From the human T2T-CHM13v2.0 reference genome, Homo sapiens: a stretch of 64,000 nucleotides of DNA. This document shows positions 24,872 to 39,471 of the stretch, piece by piece. Under the pieces are notes generated by a model. It was not told where the DNA came from, did not search any database, and saw only the letters and a list, made by a program, of their open reading frames with translations. Made by a program: the position numbers and the translations under genes. Every line of letters starts with the position of its first letter. The first letter of the stretch is position 1. The stretch lies in the NCBI RefSeq assembly GCF_009914755.1, contig NC_060936.1; one strand, 5' to 3'.

Positions 24872-26949
24872 TGTATTAGTCCATTTTCACACTGCTATAA
24901 AGGAATATCCCAACTTCATAATTTATAAAGGAAAGAGGTTTAATTGACTCACAGTTCCACGTTGCTGAGGATGCCTCAGGAAACTTGCAATCATGGCAGA
25001 AGGCAAAGGGGAAGCAGGCACCTTCTTCACAAGGCAGCAGGAAAGAGAGAGGGTGAAGGAGGAACTTCCAAACACTTATAGAACCATCAGGTCTCGTGAG
25101 AACTCACTCACTATCATGAGAACTGCATGGGGGAAACCACCCCCATGATCCAATTACCTCCCATCAGGTCCCTCCTTTGACACATGGGGATTACAATTTG
25201 AGATGAGACTTGGGTAGGGACACAGAGCCAAACCATATCATTCTGCCCCTGGCCCCTCCCAAATCTCCTGTCCTTTTTACATTTCAAAACCAATCATGCC
25301 TTCCCAACAGTCCCTGAAAGTCTTAATTCATTTCAGCATTAAATCAAAAGTCAAAGTCCAAAGTCTCATCTGAGACAAGGCATGACCCTTCTGCCTATAT
25401 GCCTGTAAAATCAAAACCGAGTTAGTTACTTCCAAGATACAATGGGGGTACAGGCATTGGATAAATGCTCCCATTCCAAATGGGAGAAATTGGCCAAAAC
25501 AAAAGGGCTACAGGCCCCATGAAAGTCAGAAACCCAGCAGGGCAGTCATTCAATCTTAAAGCTCCAAAATGATATCCTTTGACTCCATGTCTCACACCCG
25601 GAGCACACTGACGCAAGGGGTGGCTCCCATAGCTTTGGGCAGCTCCTTCACAGGCTGGTATTGAATGACTTTTCCAGGTGCACAGTGCAATCTGTCAGTG
25701 CATCTACCATTCTGGGGTCTGGAGAACAGTGGCTGTCTTCTCACAGCTCCATTAGGCAGTGCCCCAGTGAGGATTCTGTGTTGGGGCTCCAACCCCACAT
25801 TTCCCTTTTGTACTGCCTTAGCAGAGGTTCTCCATGAGTACTCCACCTCTGAAGCAGACTTCTGCCTGGACATCCAGGCATTTCCATACATCCTCTGAAA
25901 TCTAGGCAAAGGTTTCTAAAGCGCACCCCTTGTCTTCTGTGCACCCACAGGCCCAACACCAGGTGGAAGCTGCCAAGGCTTGGGGCTTGCATCCTCTGAA
26001 GCAATGGCCCAAGCTGTACCTTGGCCCTTTTTAGTCACTGCTTGCACTGGCGTGACTGGGGAGCAACCATGTCCCAAGGCTGCACAGAGAAGCAGGGCCC
26101 TGAGGCTGGCCCATGAAAGCATTTTTCCCTCCTAGGCCTCCAGGCCTATGATGGGAGGGGTTGCCTTGAAGATCTCTGACATGCCTTGGAGACATTTTCC
26201 TCCATGTCTTGGTGATTAACATTCAGCTCCTTGTTACTTATGCAAATTTTTGCAGCTGGCTTCAATTTCTCCCCAGAAAATGGGGTTTTCTTTTCTACTG
26301 CATCATCAGGCTGCAAATTTTCCAAACTTTTATGCTCTGCTTCCCTTTTAAACATAAGTTCCTCATCTCCATCTGATACCACCTCAGCCTGGACTTCATT
26401 GTTCATATCACTAACAGCATTTTGGTCAAAACCATTTAACAAGTCAAGAAGTTCCAAACTTTCCCACATCCTCCTGTCTTTTTCTGAGCCCTCCAAACTG
26501 TTCCAACATCTGCTCATTCCAAAGTGGCCTTCACATTTTCAGATTATCTTTATAGCAGTACCACACTCTTGATACCCATTATATTAGTTCGTTTTCACAC
26601 TGCTATAAAGAAACACCCGAAACTGGGTAATTTATAAAGGAAAGAGGTTTAACTGACTCACAATTCTGCATTGCTGGGAAGGCCTCAGGAAAGTTACAAT
26701 CATGGCAGAAGGCAAAGTGGAAGCAATTACCTTCTTCACAAGGTGGCAGGAGAGAGACAGAGAGCAAAGGAGGAATTACCAAACACTTACAAAACCATCA
26801 GATTTGTGAGAATTCACTCACTATCATGAGAACCACATGGGGAAACCACCCCCATGATCTAATCACCTCCCACCAGGTTCCTCTCTTGACACATAGAGAT
26901 TACAATTTGAGATGAGATTTGGTTGAAGAGACAGAGCAAAACCATATCA
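24872..26949 (-). mobile_element. Two-LTR MaLR provirus (THE1D/MST-like): LTR 24872-25240, internal 25241-26579, LTR 26580-26949
   Basis: Two ~370-bp direct repeats (tgtattagt...aaccatatca) around a THE1-int-type region ('ttctgcccctggcccctcccaaatctc...'); minus-strand ORF 26146-26517 (WNSLEGSEKDRRMWESLEL) is the typical MaLR internal ORF remnant. Confidence 0.93.
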
Positions 26950-28189
26950 GTCCTCATTAGAGAGACTGCCCTCCAAGGTCTTTCTGACCCGGGGGCTCTG
27001 CTCACCCATTTTCTCCTTACTGTCACCAGGCCTGTCATCTTCATTGTTGATATCTTGTGATACAAAGACCAAAGAGGCCTTGATTTTTTTAGACTCCCAG
27101 GGTGGAGGGACAAAAGTGTCAGACTCACTCAGCCATGTTCCTCTGCCTTCCCCACTGTGTTCCTTTAGTTTCTGAACCACAAAATACCCTGACAGCTCAA
27201 GTCAGTGCCTGGGAAAGTCATGTGATGGGGCTCAGTATTTTGGCATGTTCAAGTTTGAATCTGTCTATGAGGAGAATGAAGGATCCCTGTCAGGGTCCTG
27301 CAGTAGCCAGAAGTTCCTTATGTTTTCCTTGTACATGTGCCTGTGTGTACATGTGTATGTGTGTGTGTAAATATTAATTTTTTAGTGACTACTATTGCTA
27401 GCTATTGAGTGAAGCAGTTTGCATAGATTGTTTCAATCCTTCAAAACCCTTAGCAGTAAGAACAATTATGTGATCATTTATAGGTGGGGACCCAAAATTC
27501 AGAGAAGTTATCACACCCTAGATCCTATAATACTTATGAACATTGTCATGGTTCAAAACCCAGATTCTCATGGACACCACTGTATTCTCTCCCCCTCCCT
27601 TCCTCTCTTTCTTCCTTGTTCATTATGGCCAGGTTCTCTCCCTGAAAAACTGTGTTCTGGACCCTATTTTTTTCTCCTAAGAGAGGTTAGTTCCCCTCCC
27701 CCAGTGCTATCCTAAATTCCAAGCCTGTGGTTTTAACAGATGAGAAGGAAGCAGGCAACTCAGCCCAGTGAGGCCTGGAATAGTACCAGGGATGTGGCTG
27801 CCCAGGAGCCCTGGAGCATGGCCAGGGCTGAAGCTGAATACAAGCTAAGCACCACAGGTGGGGTGGGATCTGAGAAGCCCCTGAGCTGCGTGAACAGCTT
27901 TTATTGTTCTCCCATCCTGGGCCTCTCCCTCTCCCTTCTGCATCCCAAAAGAGAGATTTAATTTTCTCAGCAGATGCTCCTGCCTCCAGCATTAGTTCTG
28001 TAGTTTTGCATCTGGTCCCCTCCAGTGCCTTTTGCAGAGCTGTGATGTGTCTTTCATTTGAGCACATGGACCTAGGGCATCCATCTATGGAGACACATGG
28101 AGGAGACGGGCCAAGAAGGAATGGACATAAAGAAATTCTAGGGCAACTCCAAAGCCCTAAATTGGAACTGGAAGCAGAATGACTAGTTA

Positions 28190-28865
28190 GCAATTTGGGA
28201 AGAAAAACAAATACAAATTGGAGATTTTTCTCATTCCTTATATAAATATAATTTCCACTGGATTAAAAATTAAATGTAAGATGCAAAATGATAAAAGTAC
28301 AAGAGGAGAATAGGGACAGATTTAGCCAAAGGTCATTGTAAAAATCACACAAAGGCCGTGCGTGATGGCTCACACCTGTGATCCCAGCACTTTGGGAGGC
28401 TGAGGTGGGCAGATCACAAGGTCAAGAGATCGAGACAATCTTGGCCAATATGGTGAAATGCTGTCCCTACTAAAAATACAAAAATTAGCTGGGCGTGGTG
28501 GCAGGCTCCTGTAGTCTCAGCAACTCGGGAGGCTGAGGCAGGAGAATCGCTTGAACCCAGGAGGCGGAAGTTGCAGTGAGCCAAGATCACACAATTGCAC
28601 TCCAGCCAGGTGACAAAGAGAGACTCCGAAAAAAAAAAAAAAAAAAAAAGACACAAAAGTCTCAAACCGTAAAGGAGAAAAGATCGATAGGATTGACCAC
28701 ATAATCTCAGGTATCGAGTCATCATCCTTTGACAGAAATGAAAAGATATAGAATAAAGCAAGAAGAATAAAATGTTAACAGTAGAATTTAGGCGCTGGTA
28801 GGTATATGGTTCTTCACTAAAAACTTCTATTTTTCTGCATATTTGAAATTTTTCATAATAAATAG
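28190..28865 (+). mobile_element. Old L1M fragments around an Alu
   Basis: 'ctggattaaaaattaaatgtaag...ataaaagtacaagaggagaatag' (ORF2-like) and 'catatttgaaatttttcataataaa' (L1ME 3' end). Confidence 0.55.
28354..28649 (+). mobile_element. AluSc-like
   Basis: 'agatcacaaggtcaagagatcgagac' diagnostic; ~21-nt A tail. Confidence 0.95.
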
Positions 28866-29204
28866 ATACAATTATATAGGGTGAGCAGCCATGCATAAAA
28901 TTAGTTCAACATGTGACTACAGATATTTTTTCTCATAGAGCACATGTGACATTTTATTCAATTATTAATTTACTATCATTATTAGTCTTCAGCCACATAA
29001 TTTTTTTTTCCACCAAAGTGGAGGTTATTAGCAGGTCATTTGCTTCACTCTCCTCGTCATTTAGGAAAAGGGGTAGAATTTGGTGGAACAGAAACTAAGC
29101 TTTGTTATCTATCTCCCCATTCTCACAAGCAAAGCAGGATGCATCCTCTTTCTGTGAGAAACTGAAACCTATTAATCCAAAATTAGAAGACTTGCTGTTC
29201 AGAA

Positions 29205-29323
29205 GTTATCCTATGAAAAAGATACTTGCTCATGAATGTTTATAGCAGTACAATTCACAATTGCAAAAATTGAAACCAACCCAAATGCCCATCAGTCAAC
29301 AAGTGAATAAAGAAACTGTTATA

Positions 29324-29369
<46 letters not shown>

Positions 29370-29762
29370 TATACATATATACAGATATATGATGGAATAC
29401 TACTCAGCCACAAAAAAAGAATGAATTAATGGCATTTGCAGCAACCTGGATGAGATTGGAGACTATCATTCTAAGTGAAGTAACTCAAAAATGTAAAACC
29501 AAACATCATTTGTTCTCACTTATAATTGGTAGCTAAGCTAGGAGTATGCAAAAGCATAAGAATGACATGATGGACTCTGGGGACTCAGAGGGAAAGGGTG
29601 GGAAGGGGGTGAGGGATAAAAGATGACAAATTGGGTTCAGTGTATAGTGCTCGGGAGATGGGTGCACCAAAATCTCACAAATCACCACTAAAGAGCTTAC
29701 TCATGTACCAAATAACACCTGTTCCCAAAAAAAACTATGGAAATATTTCTTTTTAAAAAAAA
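29205..29762 (+). mobile_element. L1PB1-like 3' end with internal (TA)n/(CA)n
   Basis: 'gggtgcaccaaaatctcacaaatcaccactaaagagcttactcatgtacc' and 'tggactctggggactc' are L1PB-type 3' UTR signatures. Confidence 0.9.
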
Positions 29763-30629
29763 TATAAGATTTTGAGTAGCAGGAGGCAATAGGGTGGCTT
29801 TGTTCTTTTCTGCAGTTTTAGTCCTCACCCTGATCTGTCAGGCCAGAAAGTGCCTCTGCCATGACTGAACCCTCTGGTCCCTTCAGGAAGCAAGAAGGTG
29901 TCCAGAAAGCACTACAGGCAGAAATCTCAGCCCCAGCCCTACCTGGCAATGATAGGAGCTAGGCCAGTGACACCTATGATAGCTAAAAATCCAGAAGAGA
30001 CACTCCCAGTGCTGGAGAAAGCTCAGGGGGGATCCAGAGCCAAAAAGAACTGCACAATCTCTTGGTTCCCCTTATTTATGTATTACACAACAAAGGTTTT
30101 TGATAACTATGCCTGGTACTTTTATCTTCAGTATATAGATATCTGCCTTCCCCACTAACTTTATATAAAATAGTAAAGCATTCATAGATTTAGAAGCATA
30201 TGACTTTCACTGGGGGTAAAGCCACTGAATCCTGGAAGAGGTTTTGGAGAGTACTTACAGCATTGTTTTTCAGGAAGTTCTAGACTCTTGAGAACTGAGC
30301 AGTCTCCAGAATTTCCACACCCTGCTCCCCTTCCTCTCCCTCCAGCTCTTTTAAGCTGGAGAAGTGTGAAGAAAGCCCCTCCCTTTGCTCCACTTTCAGG
30401 TGATTTTGTGAGGACCAAATATTTGGAGCCTTGGCAGCCACCTTGTGCCAATGAGGAAAGACCAAAAGAATTGCAGAGGCTTTTCCAGAGCTCTGACTCG
30501 AGTCAATGAACCAATCCTAGAAACACCTGTTGCTTGTTGGGTGAGAAGTTTCCTGGTGATTAGGCTGCATCCACTCGGGCAAAGCACACAAGCAGGTGGA
30601 CTCACTGATTAGTGAGGAGGCAGTGGGCA

Positions 30630-31010
30630 AACTAATTATTACTGCACAGGCAGAAAGTGCTCTGACGACAGTAAGTCTAAGATGATGGGGGACATCTAAT
30701 TCAAACTTGGGGGGTCAAGGAAGCCTTCCCAGAGGAGGTAAGCCCTGAGCTGTGAAACATAGGATAAGCAAGAGTCATCTCCATCAGGTAGGAGGTAGGG
30801 GCCTCAGACCACCTGTCCAGGGTTGAAAGAGAGACAGAACATGCCAGTGTGGCTGCCGGGGAAGGAGCATCTAACATAAGATGAGGATGGAGAGGTGGGC
30901 AGGGGTCAGCCCAACCAAGAGCAATGGAGAGCCATGGAAGAATTTTTAACAGAAAATTAGATCTGTAATTTAGAATAATCACAGTGAGTACTGTTGAATT
31001 GCTGGCTGGA
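30630..31010 (-). mobile_element. L2 fragment
   Basis: 'ggggtcaaggaagccttcccagaggaggtaagccctgagctg' typical of L2. Confidence 0.65.
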
Positions 31011-31021
31011 TACAATAAGAG

Positions 31022-31612
31022 AATAGTAATAGCTAATATTTATACAACACTATGTGACAGACTCTAGGCACTTTATAGGCATTAGAACATTAGATTACTT
31101 AATCCATATGTTTTGCTAATATATATATTAACAATAGTAGTAGTTAATATATATGATTACTAACAATAGTAATTATGTGAGAGAGATAGACCATATATAT
31201 TTTTAGTAATTACAGGAGAGATATATATGATATATATTATATACATCTCTCACATAACTATTGTTAGCAATCATATATGTTAACTATTACTATTGTTACA
31301 TAGTATATATCTCTCACATGATTATGCTTGTTGTATATTTACAAGTATATATGGTGGGGGGCACATTGGGGATGTCTCATCTCCATATCTCATATTCATC
31401 TTGTAGTATGTGTATATAGATAGATAGAAGATAGATAGATAAATATCTCACATGATTATATATATATATATATTATACTGTGAGTATAATATATATATAC
31501 TCACAGGTGTCCCACAGCCCATAGCAAATATAGGGAGAGGTATATATCATATGTATCTCTCTCACATGGTTACTATTGTTATCCCCACTTACAGATAAGG
31601 AAACTGAGTCAA
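31022..31612 (-). mobile_element. MIR split by a ~460-bp AT-rich patchwork insertion
   Basis: Left part 'aatagtaatagctaatatttat...ttaatcc'; right part 'tactattgttatccccacttacagataaggaaactgag'. Confidence 0.75.
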
Positions 31613-31894
31613 GTGTAAAAACAAGAATCTGTAGCCCCACTGCCTACCTGAGCCTGAGTGCCACGTGGCACTTGGAGGAACAGCAGTGGCTGGAGGCTAA
31701 TTTCCTGTTTGCACTTTGAAGGTTACTGTCCCTGGTCAGAGACTCTGATGGGACACAAGTGTGGAGTCTGTGAGCTCTGACACAGACTTTTACTTGGCAA
31801 AGGTTCGGAAAAATCAAGTGGCTGTTAAGAAGATATATGATTTCTACTGAGGGCCACGCAAAAGGCAAGTGTCTCACGGATGAACTGAGTTTGC

Positions 31895-32015
31895 TCTTTT
31901 GATCCTGAGAACAGCTCTGTCGAATTGGGGAGGTGTTCTGGACATTTTACAGATGACGAAACTGAGGCCCAGAAAAGTTAAGTGACTCACCCAGGGTCCC
32001 AGTGTTACTAGAAGG
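31895..32015 (-). mobile_element. MIR fragment
   Basis: 'cattttacagatgacgaaactgaggcccagaaaagttaagtgactcacccaggg'. Confidence 0.8.
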
Positions 32016-32919
32016 TGTGCAGTGGTCTTCCAGGGAAGATCCTCTTGTATCAGAAGGAAGAGATGATCAGTTCGGAAGGCCCGAGAAAAGACAAGGTCAT
32101 TTGAAAGTGATAGTTCATCCAGGTGTGATCCTGGAGCACGAAGTGACAAAAAAGTCACATGTCAAGGCACCGACGTAGAAAGGGTCTCCCTGTCTCAGAG
32201 CCCACCTGGTCTCTTCCTTCTCAGGGTGGCTCCTCTCTCTCTCTCTGCCTCTGCCCCTTGTCTTAGCCCAGCATGGGTGCAGGTCCCAGGTTCTGTGACA
32301 TCACAGTTCAGGGCCCAAAGCCCAATCTCGGATCACGGCATTGAGAGTATCTGATTGGCCACTGGCCAGCCAATGGTGGGGCAAACTTTGGAGCAGGCTA
32401 TCACGGTTGGAACAATCAGTGCTGAAGGAGTTGAAGAGGATGGGCAAGCCACGGCTTCTCCTTCTGGAAACGGAGCTCATCTCCAAAGAAGACCATCATT
32501 TTCTACTATGGACAATGTGGATGCTAGTTCTCTCCCATTCACAGGTTCAGCACATGTTACAGAAGAGCGTTTTCCTTCAGAGATTATTCACAGGTGTCCC
32601 ACAGCCCATAGCAAATACAGGGCATATTAAGTTCAAATAAATATATGCAAATATGTGAGTGTATTGACATAAATACTGCATTTATATTCATATACTATAC
32701 TTAAAAGTATTGAATATATTTTCATGAATGTTTATATTATATATATGTATTTCAAGCTCTATTGTATATATGAATTTATTATATATTAATGTATACTACA
32801 TAAATATGAATATATGAATTCAATATATTTCAATTAGTTGTCCATATCTAAAGAGACTTCACGTAAGAATTCATGTTTTAAGGTATCTTTTAAAACGAAA
32901 ATCAATGTACCATAGAAGT

Positions 32920-33125
32920 AGGTAACATCTATGTAGCATTTCCAGTGTGCTACCCCTGTTTTAAATGATTTCTCTGCATTTATGTATTTAATCCTGGACT
33001 CAACACTCATCATGAGGCTGACACTGTTAGTTTTCCTATTTTACTAATCAGAAAACAGACCCTGATAAGTTAGCTGACTGGGCCAAAGTCCCACAGCTAG
33101 TTGGTGGCCCCGCTGGGATTAGCAG
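32920..33125 (-). mobile_element. MIR
   Basis: 'ggccaaagtcccacagctagttggtggc...gctgggatt'. Confidence 0.6.
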
Positions 33126-34064
33126 CTGCAGTGTGGCTCTGAAGCCCTTCCTGTCAGCACCTAGGGGCAGTGACCTTTGGGACAGGCAGCTCTGGCTGCC
33201 ATGGGCAGCAGGTGGCTGAGGCTGAGTGTCCCCAAGAAGCAGAGTTTTGGCTGGCTTTGTTCCAGTGCCAACAGGCCAAGACACACTTCCACGCTGCCTG
33301 CCTAACCACTGTGGGCTTTCACATTTGTTATTCTGATAGGTTACAGGGCTTGAAAATTCCTATATGAGCTGCACTTGGAGTTTTAAAACACATTTCATTT
33401 TCTAAATTTGAACGTAAATTAACTCATCAACAAAAGGAAAACCAGAACTAAAGTTTGGATAAAGAAAGCCCCTGTTGTGGCTATAAATTCTGTTCTCAAT
33501 GGTATAGTTCAGGCTTCTTCAAGTAGATTGAGCCCTGAGAACTTGTCTATTGTATTTTCCCCTGGTGAATCAGTCAGACAAATGGGGGCACCTTAATTCA
33601 GAAAGAAACAGCCCAGCTGTGACATTTGTCACTGCAGAGGCCTGGCCCATCGGTCAATCCCTTGTCCCTGGGCTGACAGCTCTGTGTTCCCCTGTGGTCC
33701 CACTGCTGTCTGACCACCTCCTCTCCTGACTGATGATGACACCTCTTTGCAGGTGTGGAAATGGCCTGTAGCCTGCAGGAGCCTGAGGAGAAGGGAGGAG
33801 CTAGCAGCCCCAGTCAAGTCTAGCGAAGTGCATCTTGGCCTGCAGTGATGGCTGTTTCCCCCAGAAAGGTCAGTAGCAGAGAAGCCGCTCATAGCCTTCC
33901 TGAAGTGGGCATGACTCCCTGTGTCCTATCCACTGACAATGCCCATATTTCACCAGTGAGGCCTGGACGGTTTGCCATTGACGAGTGTCAGGTAGAATTT
34001 CCCATTGTCTCTTCTCATCTTCTGGCATTGAGTGGCCAGTCTCTTCCTTTTATTAGTCATATCA

Positions 34065-34550
34065 GGCGTCCTCTGACAGATGCACAGGGAGACGGAAGGT
34101 TTTGGGTTTTCTGCTGTGGCGACGAGGACCTGGCTCACACGGTTATGGAGATGAGACTTCCCACGATGTGCCCCCCACCATCTGAAGACCCAGGAACGCC
34201 AGTGGTGTAATTCAGTCTGAGCTCAAAGGCCTGAGAACCAGTGGGGGCTGATAATACAAATCCCAATCTCATGGCAAGATAAGATGAGAAGTCTGAGGTC
34301 AAGCAATGAGGCAGAAAAAAATAAACAAGGGGGGAGAATTCTCATTTCTCTGCCTTTTGTTCTATTTGGGCCCTCAATGGATTGGTTGGTGCCCACACGC
34401 TTTGGGGAAGGGGAAATATTACACTTCATTGAGTCCACCAATTCAAATGCTAATCTCATCAGCAAATATCCTGAAAGATACACTCAGAAATGATGTTCGA
34501 TATGAGCACCTCAGGGCCCAGTCGAATTGGCATATACATTAACTATCACA
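34065..34550 (-). mobile_element. MLT2-family (ERV-L) solo LTR
   Basis: 'ggctcacacggttatggag', 'aaaggcctgagaacca', 'agtccaccaattcaaatgctaatctc'; ends 'attaactatcaca'. Confidence 0.85.
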
Positions 34551-34773
34551 CTCTAATCAACCCTTTTCACCTGAGGAAAGTTTTCAGGTTTTTGAGTCAG
34601 AAGGGACAATTGTGTCCTTGAAGACAGCAGGTAATTTCCTTACACAGTTTGTCTCCTGTACTGACATTTCTTGTCCAACTCATGATTTTATTTTTCAAAG
34701 AACGTACCCAATACGGGAAAAAAAATACTGTGGGATATAACAGTCAACCACAAACAGCAATTATAAATCTTTT

Positions 34774-36100
<1,327 letters not shown>

Positions 36101-37629
36101 GCAATTATAAATCTTTTGTGCATTTTTTCTTACTTGAAAATGTTAAAACCATCAGAGAATACAGAAAGCACCACACTTCAACCCAGTGTCTGTGGTCATT
36201 GAGACAAGTGGTGTATTTAGATACAACAGTGAAGCATCATGTTCCTTCGGGGCCCCCATGAGCACCAGCCACTCAGCAGCCCAGGGGCAGAAGTCCCTGT
36301 GCATAAAACCTGTCCCTGAAGTGATTAATAACCATGGTCGCAGACAGTCATTAGGAGACCTTAGTCATTTGCTGCATGATGGAGACGCCAAGTCTAAGAA
36401 AACTGCCTTTGAATGTTTTGCTAAACTCCATTGAATTGAGGAAAAAATCTGACATGCATAATCAGTTCTTACAGACCCAAGAGCAAGAAGAATTCAGTGA
36501 CAAATGTATTGAGTGTGCCTGAGGAAACATCTATTTCACATCCACAAGAAACCATTCATTCTTATGCTGCACAGCTTAGGCTAGACAGGAGAGAGATTGA
36601 TGTTGATTATTTTTGTAGTGGGAGAAGGTCACATGTTAGGCAAGTTATGCCCACCAAAGTCACCTATCCCCTGGATACAGAGTCCCGATATTCATCCCTA
36701 GACAGAAGGGCTTTGCCACATCAGTTTTTTCCACTTCAGATCCCTGATGAAAGAATCATGGTGGGAGACAATACTTGTGCTCCTTTCAAATAGGTAACAA
36801 ATCATGACAAATGTGCACAACGAAGAACTCTTGACTGGCAGACGTCAAAAAGCATGCTAAGAGATAAAATTATCATCATGTCTCACCTCCTTGCTAACTC
36901 CAATCTAACTCCTTTAAAATATTCTGAGTTTACGACATGTGGGACACTGGACTTCCAAATCACACGTTGTCCACGTGATTCCTTTCAGGGATCCGCTAGT
37001 GGTGGGTGGAGAGTTTCATAGGTTTTGGCTTTGCTAATAGCTCTCTGATCACACTTCCCCTTGCCTGGTTTGCCACTTTGGAGGGGTCTTCAATGAGGCT
37101 TGCGTGGTTCTAGTTTCACATGCAGAAAGTGCATTTGGTCATCAACTCAAATGTGTATTTCTTTTGTTAGATAATTCACTCAGTAACTAGAGATGATCAA
37201 GAAGGTTAAAACTGGAAGATAATCAATTGCTGACAATGACACTCTTCAGGGCGGGTGAACCAGTGTACAGATGACCCAGGCTGGCTCAGTGTACCTGTAG
37301 TGATATAGTGATGGCCAAGGACACGCAAGTGTGTGACAGTAAAGCCATCTCTATTGTTCATGAATCGCATCAAAGCACAGATCATCATATCCTATTAATG
37401 AGGGCCACTTTACTACTCAAATGTAAGTACAAGAACCCTAATAATTCTCTCTGTGCTTTTACCCACAGTTCTTCCACTTCTGGATCCCACCTCGACTGAA
37501 CCTTACACAATCTACTGCTGGACTTTCCAATGGCATGAGTTGGTAAATCATCTCATTTTTGCTAAAGCAAGTGTAACTTGAGTTTCCATCACTTGCAGCT
37601 GAGAGAACACTTGTTCTTGAGTTTTATCC

Positions 37630-37910
37630 ACAATGAGGTGCTGGATGTTTTCTGTTTGCCCCATGAACTCACTCTCTGCCTTCCCTGTCTTGCTGTCTAC
37701 CCTTACTGGTTCTTTTTTCCTTTCTGCTTTGGTTTCCAGTTGGCTCTGGCCAATGATAGAAGACGATAAAAGAGCGAGGGAGAATAAAGTCATGTGTTTA
37801 TTTCTTCAGCGTTCTCCAAGCAGGGTTGCCAACTGCCTGGGCGTGTTTTGTCACAGATCTCATAGCTTCTCTCAAGGCAGCCTGCTCCATCTGATTCTCC
37901 CCTTCTGAAT
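37630..37910 (+). mobile_element. LTR33-like ERV-L LTR fragment
   Basis: 'ggatgttttctgtttgcccc', 'tggtttccagttggctctggccaatg'. Confidence 0.5.
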
Positions 37911-38689
37911 TATAACCAGTTTTCACTGAGTACTTTCTATACTCAGGAACAGTGAGAGCTATCTTGTATACATTAGTTCCCTAAGTCCACTTCTACAGGA
38001 AATGTTTGTTAGAATTATTGCTTTGTTATAAATAAGGAACTTGAGAGGGACAGAGAACTCTAGTAACTCGTCAAAAGTCCTGTGCACCTCTGTGATCCCC
38101 TTACAGGCTAAAAATCTGACTCCACCAACACCGACTCTGGCTTCGAGCTTCATATTTCCCCAGTCCCCCTCACCCTTCCCCTTCCCTTCTCAAAGTTACC
38201 CAATAGCTCCCAATCACTCACTGGATGCAAGTTCTCAGTTTTCTGGACTGACTTGATCAAGGCTGGTATTGGTTAGTCTCCTGCTTACCTGCCCAGCCAG
38301 CCTCATCTCCTGTCTTTTGCCTCATTCCAGTCCTGAATTTTATGCTGTAAGGATGAAGAATCATTCCTCTTTTTCCAGTACCCATTAGAGTTTCCAACTC
38401 TGAGCTTTTTTATATTCTAGATCTTCTTCTTGCAATAGTCTATATATGTTGCTATAGAGACTTGAACAAAGATAATGGCACTAAACATGAAGAGAAGGAT
38501 GTGATAGACATAACTGATGGAGTATAGTGTAGATGCTGATGGAGTATAGAGCCTGCTGAACTGCAGAGGCAGGAAGGAAGAAAAACACGTGCCTCTACAG
38601 TGATAGGATGATGCAGTAACCAATATCAGCATGGAAACTTGGAAGAAAAGATGAGATAATTGCTGCAGTTTCCTGAAGTGACTCAATTT

Positions 38690-39042
38690 TTCCTTTGGAG
38701 ATGGCACACTGAGTATCCATCTTCTCTCCATGATTGTCCAACCTCCTTGAAGTTAGGTGGGGCTTTGTGACTCCTTTTGCTAGTGGGTTGAGCAGAAGTG
38801 AGATCTCTGCTGGGCTCAAGCATGGAAAGGCTGACTCCTGAACTTCCAGCTTCTCTTCCCAGTGGCAGAAAAGCAGAAGCCACAGTCAAGAGGGAGGAGC
38901 CACAAAATGGAACTAGCCTCAATTGCCGAGGCTGAGCTCACATCTTATTTTGCAAAACAGAACTCAACCTGTGATAAGATAAACCAGTGATAGTTTGGAG
39001 TGTTGGCAATTCCAGCATGACCTTCCACTCCTGAACAGTACC
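38690..39042 (+). mobile_element. Old MLT1 (H/I/J-like) LTR
   Basis: 'ctccttgaagttaggtggggctttgtgact...gagcagaagtgagat'. Confidence 0.5.
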
Positions 39043-39060
39043 TCTCCTCTAATAGCAGCA

Positions 39061-39471
39061 ATTATGTGAGGAATTGTGTCCCCCTCCCTCGCTGAAATGT
39101 ATATATTGAAATCCCAGCCTGCAGTGCCTAGAAGGTAATCCTATCAGAAGACACAGTCTTTAAAGAAATAATTAAATTAAAATGAAGTCTTCAGGGTGGG
39201 TCATAATCCAATACGACTAGTGTCCTCATAAGAAGAGGAAATTTGGACAGAAGTACCTGTGCACACAGAGGAAAGACCATGGGAAGATGCAGAGAGAAGA
39301 CAGCCATCTGGGAACCAAAGGGAGAGGCCGCCAAAGAAACCAACCCTGTCTGCATCCTGATCTTGGATTTCCATATTATGGAAGCTTCCATGTTATGAGA
39401 AAATAAATTTCTATTTTTTTAGACACCCAGTCTGTGTTCTTTTGTTATGACAGCACTAACAAACTAATACA
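39061..39471 (+). mobile_element. MLT1B-like MaLR solo LTR
   Basis: 'taatccaatacgactagtgtcctcataagaagaggaaatttggaca', 'gagagaagacagccatct'; ends 'aacaaactaataca'. Confidence 0.88.

Noticed and set aside
27687-28193. 168-aa minus-strand ORF in unique sequence
   Set aside because: Non-ATG start, no recognisable domain, low-information composition.
32341-32640. 99-aa ORF with protein-like composition
   Set aside because: Non-ATG start, no recognisable homology, no clear exon boundaries; the length is expected by chance.
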